Assembly (NCBI GenBank): GCA_031409335.1
Contig: JANNWY010000279.1
Location: 1-54,345 of the forward strand
Origin: Chthoniobacteraceae bacterium
Lineage (GTDB): Bacteria > Verrucomicrobiota > Verrucomicrobiia > Chthoniobacterales > Chthoniobacteraceae
Direction: 5' to 3'
Length of the DNA: 54,345 bases
Part shown: positions 50,411-54,345 of the stretch, piece by piece
How positions within the stretch are numbered: position 1 is the first letter of the stretch
Layout of the letters: each line of letters starts with the position of its first letter
Notes under the pieces: generated by a model
Database searches by the model: none
What the model saw: only the letters and a program-made list of their open reading frames with translations
Told to the model about the DNA's origin: nothing
Program-made: the position numbers and the translations under genes

Positions 50411-52807
50411 ATGTCGGCCCCGGAAACCAGATTTGCCGTCCTGCTTTTCACCGACATCGTCGGCTCGACGGAATTGAAAGCGCGGCACGGCGTCCCGGCC
50501 TACAGCGAAGCGCTGCGTGCGCACAACGGCCACTTCGAGCGTATCGCCCGCGAGCGCCATCTCCGCATCCTCAGCAACGCGGGCGACAGCTACTTTGCCG
50601 AGGCGGGCAGCGTTACGGAAGCGGTGTGCCTGGCGCTGCTCTTTCAGGAGGCGATGCGCGCCGGGCCGTGGGGTGAAGTGCCGCTCACCACGCGCGTCGG
50701 CATCCACGCCGGGGAAATCACTGCGCTCGATGCCGAGGGCGGCAGCGGCATCGTCGCGCCCGCTGCGGATCTCGCGGCGCGCGTGATGAGCCTCGCGATG
50801 GGTGGACAGATCCTGCTCACGCGATTCCCTTTCGATGAAGCGCGCCACTTCATCCGCGAGCATCCGCCCGTCGCGGGGAAGCCGATGCCGCCGCTTTGCT
50901 GGCTCGCGCACGGCCCGTACCTGCTCAAAGGCCGCGACGAACCGATGGACATTTTCGAAGTCGGCGCGAAAGGACTCGCCCCGCTCACCGCGCCGCCCGA
51001 TGGAGAGAAAGCCAAGCGCGCCATCCGTCCCGGCGAGGAGGAAACGCTCGGATGGCGTCCCGCCGTCGGACTGGAAATTCCGGGCCGCACCGGCTGGCAA
51101 CTCACCGAAAAACTCGGCGCGGGCGGCTTCGGCGAAGTGTGGACGAGCGAACACGCCAAGCTCCACCAGCGCCGCGCGTTCAAGTTCTGCTTCGACGACG
51201 AACGCCTGCGCGCCCTCAAACGCGAAGTCACCCTCGTGCGCCTGCTTCGCAGCGCCCTCGGCGAGCGCGACGACATCGTCCACATCCACGAACTCAAGCT
51301 CGACGCGCCGCCCTTCTATCTCGAAAGCGACCTCGCCCCGCACGGCAACCTCCTCCAGTGGGCCAAAAGCCAGGGTGGCCTCGACAAAATCCCGCTCACA
51401 CAACGCATCGCGCTCGTCGCCCACACCGCCACCGCGCTCGCCGCCGCGCACAGCATCGGCGTGCTGCACAAGGACATCAAACCGACGAACATTCTCATCT
51501 TCGACGGCCCCGGCGGCGAAGCGCGCCCGCGCCTCGTCGATTTCGGCATCGGCACCCTCGCCGATCCCGCGGTGCTCGGAGAGTTCGGAGTCACTACCGC
51601 CGGCTTCACCTGCACGGGGATCGAGCGCAGTACCGGCGTGCCCACTTACAGCCCGCCCGAGTATCTCGCGGGTAAGCCCTACACGGTGCAGGGCGACATC
51701 TACGGCCTCGGCGTGATGCTCTACCAATTGGTGATCGCCGATGCCGGGCGTCCGCTCGCGCCCGGCTGGGAGCGCGACATCCCCTACGCACTCCTGCGCG
51801 AAGACATCGCCGCCTGCGTGGACGGCGACCCCGCCCGCCGCCTGCCCAGCATCGCCGACCTCGCCACCCGCCTGCGCTCGCTCGACGCCCGCCGGGCCGA
51901 ACAGGAGGCGCGGCTGGCGGATGAATCGAACCGCCTCGGCTTCGCCATCTCCGGCGTGATCTTGATGCTCGTTTTCATTCTTGGTGGCATCGCGCTCACA
52001 TTGCGTAAAGCCATTGCCCTACCCGATGGCGACATCGCGCAGGTCATCGTCATCAATACGTTTTCCCTGCCCGACCTCATGGTCGCGTTCATCTTCGTTC
52101 CCTTGTTGTTGAGCGTGTGTTATCGCTACTTCCGGGTGACGAGGCGAAACACGGACCTGATCTTGGCCTTGCTGCTCCTGCAGTTCCTCGTGTGGTGCAT
52201 GTTACTTCTGACACAGGACAATATCGTGCCGGAAGGTATCGCGGCGAAAAAGATCGCAGGAGCCGCGGAAGCCACCCTCTTCACATGTCGGCTGATGTAC
52301 ACCCTCGGTCTTTCGATTCTGCCGGCTATGACGCATTTCGCCCTCCGCTACACCGGAAGCCGCCGGTTCGTCGGCTGGCGGGCTTTGCAGCTCTACGCTG
52401 GGGCTTTGGTCCTGAGCCCAATGTGCTGGACCGATTCCCTTGTCCACGTTCGCACGGAGCATGTCCCTGCGACCAGCAGTTGGCTATACGCGGTTCCCTT
52501 TCCACCAGACGTCGGCGTGTTGGTTTTCCCCTATGCCGCCGTGTGGCTCGGGGTGAATGCCTATGTGCAATGGCTGCTCTGGCCGCACCGGCGTATCCAG
52601 GAGGGCGAGGATCCGACGCGCACGCGGATCAACATGGTTTGGGTCGGCATTGCTTCTTGGGGGCTTGCTGGCGTGGTCGAGATGTTCCTCGTTCACATTG
52701 GCTACGCTGGCGTCTCTCCGAACACTGTGTTCCTAGGCGCGGCGATGGTCGCGATGGCGGTGGGTTTGGCCAGAGAATCCAGTCAACCTAGGCGAGCGCG
52801 CCCATAA
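50411..52807 (+). CDS. Class III cyclase-like + Ser/Thr kinase + multipass membrane domain fusion
   Basis: FTDIVGST, AGDS, RVGIHAGE, LAARV, GQILL; LGAGGFGEVW, HKDIKPTN, DFG, PPE, DIYGLG; several C-terminal TM segments. Confidence 0.88.
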   Translation: MSAPETRFAVLLFTDIVGSTELKARHGVPAYSEALRAHNGHFERIARERHLRILSNAGDSYFAEAGSVTEAVCLALLFQEAMRAGPWGEVPLTTRVGIHAGEITALDAEGGSGIVAPAADLAARVMSLAMGGQILLTRFPFDEARHFIREHPPVAGKPMPPLCWLAHGPYLLKGRDEPMDIFEVGAKGLAPLTAPPDGEKAKRAIRPGEEETLGWRPAVGLEIPGRTGWQLTEKLGAGGFGEVWTSEHAKLHQRRAFKFCFDDERLRALKREVTLVRLLRSALGERDDIVHIHELKLDAPPFYLESDLAPHGNLLQWAKSQGGLDKIPLTQRIALVAHTATALAAAHSIGVLHKDIKPTNILIFDGPGGEARPRLVDFGIGTLADPAVLGEFGVTTAGFTCTGIERSTGVPTYSPPEYLAGKPYTVQGDIYGLGVMLYQLVIADAGRPLAPGWERDIPYALLREDIAACVDGDPARRLPSIADLATRLRSLDARRAEQEARLADESNRLGFAISGVILMLVFILGGIALTLRKAIALPDGDIAQVIVINTFSLPDLMVAFIFVPLLLSVCYRYFRVTRRNTDLILALLLLQFLVWCMLLLTQDNIVPEGIAAKKIAGAAEATLFTCRLMYTLGLSILPAMTHFALRYTGSRRFVGWRALQLYAGALVLSPMCWTDSLVHVRTEHVPATSSWLYAVPFPPDVGVLVFPYAAVWLGVNAYVQWLLWPHRRIQEGEDPTRTRINMVWVGIASWGLAGVVEMFLVHIGYAGVSPNTVFLGAAMVAMAVGLARESSQPRRARP

Positions 52808-52845
52808 AACTAACCGGCTTCAAACGATGACCGACACCGATCACG

Positions 52846-52929
52846 GAGCGGATGCGCGCGGTGCGGCGCGCGGGCGCGGGGCAGGACACGCCTTACCTCC
52901 GCATCCTCCGCCGCTTCGTGCCGGAGTAG
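52846..52929 (+). repeat. Orphan gene-tail repeat, copy 1 (ERMRAVRRAGAGQDTPYLRILRRFVPE*)
   Basis: 79/84 nt identical to 54162..54245. Confidence 0.9.
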
Positions 52930-52988
52930 GGGAAAAATGTCGTCCGCCGGCAATTGCCGCACTGCTGAAATGCTGGCAGGGTGTCGGC

Positions 52989-53225
52989 ATGAGTATTACC
53001 GCGACCGTCAAGAACGGCGTCATCGAACTGCCGACTGGACTCGATCTGCCAGACGGGACCGAGGTGACGATTGAAATGAAAGAGCCCATTGGCAGCGGGA
53101 AAACTTCCAGACAGAGTTTTGCCGAGCGCTACTCAGAGTTCATCGGCTGCATCCATTCCGGCGTGGGTGACCTAGCGGACAATCACGACCATTATCTCTA
53201 CGGCGCGCCGAAGCGGAAGCCGTGA
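52989..53225 (+). CDS. Putative antitoxin (VapB-like)
   Basis: TATVKNGVI.LP...LPDGT.V and DLA.NHDHYLYG; overlaps the PIN gene start by 4 nt. Confidence 0.8.
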   Translation: MSITATVKNGVIELPTGLDLPDGTEVTIEMKEPIGSGKTSRQSFAERYSEFIGCIHSGVGDLADNHDHYLYGAPKRKP

Positions 53226-53626
53226 AGCGAGTCTTCGCGGATGCGTGGTTTTACATCGCGCTGCTCGACGCGGACGATCAAGGCCACGGGCGCGCGGCGG
53301 CTTGGTCGCGCGACTTCGAGGGGAAGATCATCACCACGCGCTGGGTGCTGGTGGAAGCGGCCAACAGCCTGGCTGCGCCGGCCTTGCGCAAAGCCATGGC
53401 GGCCTTTTTGGCGCGGATCGAGAGCGATTCGGATGTCCGCATCGCCAGCGACAGCGATGGCCTTTTCCCTCGCGGACTGGCGCTCTACGCAGCGCGCCCG
53501 GACAAGGAATGGTCGCTCACCGATTGCATTTCCTTTGTCGCGATGGCGGATGAAGGACTGACCGAGGCGCTGACGGACGATCATCATTTCGAGCAGGCGG
53601 GCTTCACGGCGCTGTTGATGTCGTAG
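53222..53626 (+). CDS. vapC: PIN-domain toxin (VapC family)
   Basis: VFAD, D..H, TT..VLVE, WSLTDCISF..M, ALT.D.HF.QAGF. Confidence 0.92.
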   Translation: MKRVFADAWFYIALLDADDQGHGRAAAWSRDFEGKIITTRWVLVEAANSLAAPALRKAMAAFLARIESDSDVRIASDSDGLFPRGLALYAARPDKEWSLTDCISFVAMADEGLTEALTDDHHFEQAGFTALLMS

Positions 53627-53637
53627 CTTCCTCATCC

Positions 53638-53663
53638 TCCTCCGCCGCTTCGTGCCGGAGTAG
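53638..53663 (+). repeat. Orphan gene-tail repeat, copy 2 (short)
   Basis: TCCTCCGCCGCTTCGTGCCGGAGTAG, a 26-nt exact match to the 3' end of copy 1. Confidence 0.85.
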
Positions 53664-53673
53664 TGCGAAGACT

Positions 53674-53802
53674 TCACGGTCGAAGCGATTGAAAATCGTC
53701 GTTTCCGAGGCGTTCGCCCACAATGGCGTCCTTGAGCGCGGCGAGCGGCGAACGCGCGCCAAACATTTGGACGATGGCGTTCGTGTCGAGGACGACCGTC
53801 AT
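53674..53802 (-). pseudogene. Truncated PIN-family toxin
   Basis: Manual translation MTVVLDTNAIVQMFGARSP... stops after 42 aa; its ATG overlaps the upstream gene's stop. Confidence 0.7.
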
Positions 53803-54035
53803 GCGGCGATCCGTGCGCGGATCGCGGCCCGCGCCTCGCGGATGATCTCCGGCAGGCGCTCCAGCCGTCCCTGCTCGCGCAGCGTGTCGAAGTCCGCATC
53901 CACTTGGCTGACGAGTTCCTCCAACTCCAATTGCAGCGCGACGCGGTGCAGGACGGCGAGCGATTCACCGTCGAGCTGGTCAATCCTGGCGTGGAGCGCC
54001 GGACGCAATTCCGCGGGGTCGAGCGAGGCCGGCAT
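53799..54035 (-). CDS. Small acidic protein, probable antitoxin
   Basis: 78-aa helical acidic ORF coupled by an ATGA overlap to the VLDTN PIN fragment. Confidence 0.65.
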   Translation of the reverse strand: MPASLDPAELRPALHARIDQLDGESLAVLHRVALQLELEELVSQVDADFDTLREQGRLERLPEIIREARAAIRARIAA

Positions 54036-54069
54036 GGAGCGCAGTTAGCACGCCCTCACACAGCCGCCA

Positions 54070-54245
54070 ACCCGATTTCCTCCGCTACATGGCGCAGATG
54101 CGGCTGAACCGCGACGGCGAACCGGAAGACGCTCAAGCCGGACGACTGGCTCGCGCTGCGCGAGCGGATGCGCGCGGTGCGGCGCGCGGGCGCGGGGCAC
54201 CGCGCGCCTTACCTCCGCATCCTCCGCCGCTTCGTGCCAGAGTAG
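54070..54245 (+). repeat. Orphan gene-tail repeat, copy 3 (longest, with a frameshift)
   Basis: PDFLRYMAQMRLNRDGEPE, one-base shift, then TLKPDDWLALRERMRAVRRAGAGHRAPYLRILRRFVPE*. The 5' limit is approximate. Confidence 0.8.
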
Positions 54246-54345
54246 GTGGGCGTGGCGGCGGAACTCCGGGGAGCGCGCGGTGCCCCGCGCCCGCGCGCCG
54301 CACCCCGCGCCTCCGCTCGCGCAGCCCGAGCCCGTAGTCCGGCTT

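Noticed and set aside
52974..52989. GG-N10-GC pattern before the antitoxin gene
   Set aside because: Poor match to the sigma-54 consensus and it abuts the start codon, leaving no room for a transcript leader.
52846..54245. Repeats considered as a CRISPR array or integron attC sites
   Set aside because: Copies vary in length, are separated by hundreds of bases, read as protein-coding sequence and lack attC symmetry; no cas or integrase gene is present.

Overview
A GC-rich bacterial window whose gene repertoire points to Verrucomicrobiota/PVC (inference from PQQ-like propellers, ThuA, DUF1080, lamin-tail/CotH proteins and GTAG-type REPs). It starts inside the end of an IS3-family element and ends at what looks like the start of a REP. 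Core or periplasmic genes include a CE15 esterase, an SDR, tricorn protease, iscA, a MetH lacking its homocysteine-binding domain, rodA, an oligopeptide ABC ATPase, thiG with an in-frame amber codon, a YqgE/AlgH gene, ald and tRNA-Pro(CGG). Four accessory blocks stand out. (1) A FecR-TPR-beta-barrel receptor plus a CHASE2 class III cyclase with atypical substrate-specifying residues, followed by two paralogous small unknown proteins. (2) A two-component/sigma-54 block with a clear -24/-12 promoter in front of a peptidase-HPF-receiver-hflKC-TMEM14-ECF gene run. (3) A decayed helicase/Type ISP restriction-modification locus around an intact Bro-N gene. (4) A cyclase-Ser/Thr kinase-multipass membrane fusion followed by three co-terminal copies of an orphan gene tail (...LRRFVPE*) alternating with toxin-antitoxin cassettes. 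All family calls come from motifs recognised by eye; no database search was run.
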